The translations under genes were made by a program, and so were the position numbers. From positions 11,408,001 through 11,472,000 of the forward strand of contig JBHGNT010000009.1 in NCBI GenBank assembly GCA_043228905.1: a DNA stretch of 64,000 bases, in the 5' to 3' direction. Origin of the DNA: Azolla caroliniana (taxonomy: Eukaryota > Plantae > Polypodiophyta). Within the stretch, counting starts at the first letter, position 1, and each line of letters begins with the position of its first letter. Below the pieces are notes generated by a model. The model made no database searches. It saw only the letters and a list, made by a program, of their open reading frames with translations, and had not been told where the DNA came from. Shown here piece by piece: positions 62,569-64,000 of this stretch.

Positions 62569-63221
62569 TGTACAGAACTATCAGCAGTTTAGATGGAAAT
62601 ACCAGTATTTTATTTGATATCAAGCTTGTGTTCATGCCTCTATGAACGAGGAAGAAAATGTCCTCTCTACAATTTCCACTTTCATCTATAAGCAACCAAT
62701 TATATCCTCTGATGGTAGTATATACAGTTCTATCCTGTACAGTTCCCGAGCTACCAAAACCAATCCTTCACAATTCGTTGAGTTCAAGAAGCACATGGTT
62801 GCTTTTAATCTACTGCAAAATAAGTGCAGTAAAATCTTGATTGAACTTGACAGCAACAAATATATAATGCGGTTCCATCTATTTTCCTGAGAACCTTATC
62901 CCAAGTTGAACGCATAATTATTTTTTAAGTCACTCACTGAAGGTCGGAAATTGATAGCCTTAAACTGAAATTCTTTGATCTCAAGAATATTCCTCTTGGT
63001 TCTTATGTCAGTGATTGGGTCCAACAGGCGTTGGTCCCTAATATTGACTTTGTATTAGTCTTTACAGTCTTGATCTAGTACCTGCCAATAAGCTCCATAT
63101 TAAGCAAGAGTGTTATGCAGAAAATCTTGACGCAGAATTTGGTGCATTACCACATTCTTACATGTTCTGATCAGTTACGAGAATTTAACTTCCAATAACA
63201 GCATGCATTATTAAGAGGTAC

Positions 63222-64000
63222 TTAGAATGAAAAGTTAGCATACATATTTGCCATCATGATAAATGATGTCGGACCTTGTTCATTTAATTGCAAAGAAGAC
63301 TCAAACGCCTGTTCACAGATTTCGATGTCACCGAGTTTTTGACAAGCACCTATTATACTATTCCATGCCACAAGATCTGGTTGATCCAACTTATCTAACA
63401 TCAGCACAGCCTCATCAAGTTGGCCCACACGACCGAGAAGGTCCACAATGCAACCAAGATGTCTAATGGTGGGATTGATGTGAGACTCTGTAATCATAGC
63501 TTCGAAATACATTCGGCCCTTTTCAACGAGGCCAGCATGACTGCATATGAAAAGGATATTTACAAATGTGACTTCATCAGGGTACACACCATTTGCTATC
63601 ATTTCATGAAGACAATTGAAGACACACTCACTCTGCCCTTGATGAGCATATCCTGTGATCAATGCATTCCATTGCACTAGATTCGTTCTTGACATAGCAT
63701 TGAAGACTTCCTGAGCATCTATCATACTACCACATTTCCCATACATGTCGATAAGAATAGTGCATAGAATTTCGTCTCTAGTTTCAAGTCCTCTCTGTGC
63801 ATGTATTTGTGCATGTATTCTCTTCCCAGTTTCTAAAGCTGCAGTCTTGCCACATGCCTGGAGAATATTTGCAAAGGTCATAGAACCTGGCAGATTCCCT
63901 TGCTCTTGCATACATATGTAAAGTAAAAGAGCCTCCTCACTCTCTCCTTGAATGGCATGATATTCAATAATAGTGTTCCATGACATACTGTCTGGCAAGA
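63222..64000 (-). CDS. 3' part of a PLS-E class PPR gene; 5' end lies outside the window
   Basis: LIDMYGKCGS, CSHAGLVEKG, HLGCIVDLLGRVGQL, PDLVAWNSIIGAC, and an E-domain ending FIMMANMYANFSF-stop. No DYW. Confidence 0.93.
   Translation of the reverse strand, partial: LPDSMSWNTIIEYHAIQGESEEALLLYICMQEQGNLPGSMTFANILQACGKTAALETGKRIHAQIHAQRGLETRDEILCTILIDMYGKCGSMIDAQEVFNAMSRTNLVQWNALITGYAHQGQSECVFNCLHEMIANGVYPDEVTFVNILFICSHAGLVEKGRMYFEAMITESHINPTIRHLGCIVDLLGRVGQLDEAVLMLDKLDQPDLVAWNSIIGACQKLGDIEICEQAFESSLQLNEQGPTSFIMMANMYANFSF

Overview
Eukaryotic, land-plant DNA. The Tcn1-like self-priming chromoviruses and long intronless PLS-class PPR genes suggest a fern or other non-seed plant; this is inference and no search was run. 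Roughly two thirds of the window is transposon-derived. Host genes are a 10-exon COP1-interacting-protein-7-like gene (22769-30092, +, about 1472 aa, spliced by hand) and two convergent PLS-E PPR genes (59059-62568 +; 63222->64000 -). The left TE cluster (1-19820) holds a copia element, solo LTRs, a truncated chromovirus, a non-coding LTR element, two RTE-type LINEs, one L1/Tx1-type LINE and two hAT-type MITEs. The right cluster (31550-56590) is a 25-kb nest of four copia elements, a chromovirus and a solo LTR, with an inversion and a chimeric LTR. The most interesting signal is that three different LTR families lack a tRNA primer site. Each instead has its own 11-nt site after the 5' LTR that is exactly complementary to an 11-mer just downstream of the TATA box (Tf1-type self-priming, with covarying sequence). 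A second 'anti-primer' arm lies in U3. One of these elements encodes no protein and keeps only amplified protease-RT linker repeats. All coordinates and comparisons were made by eye.
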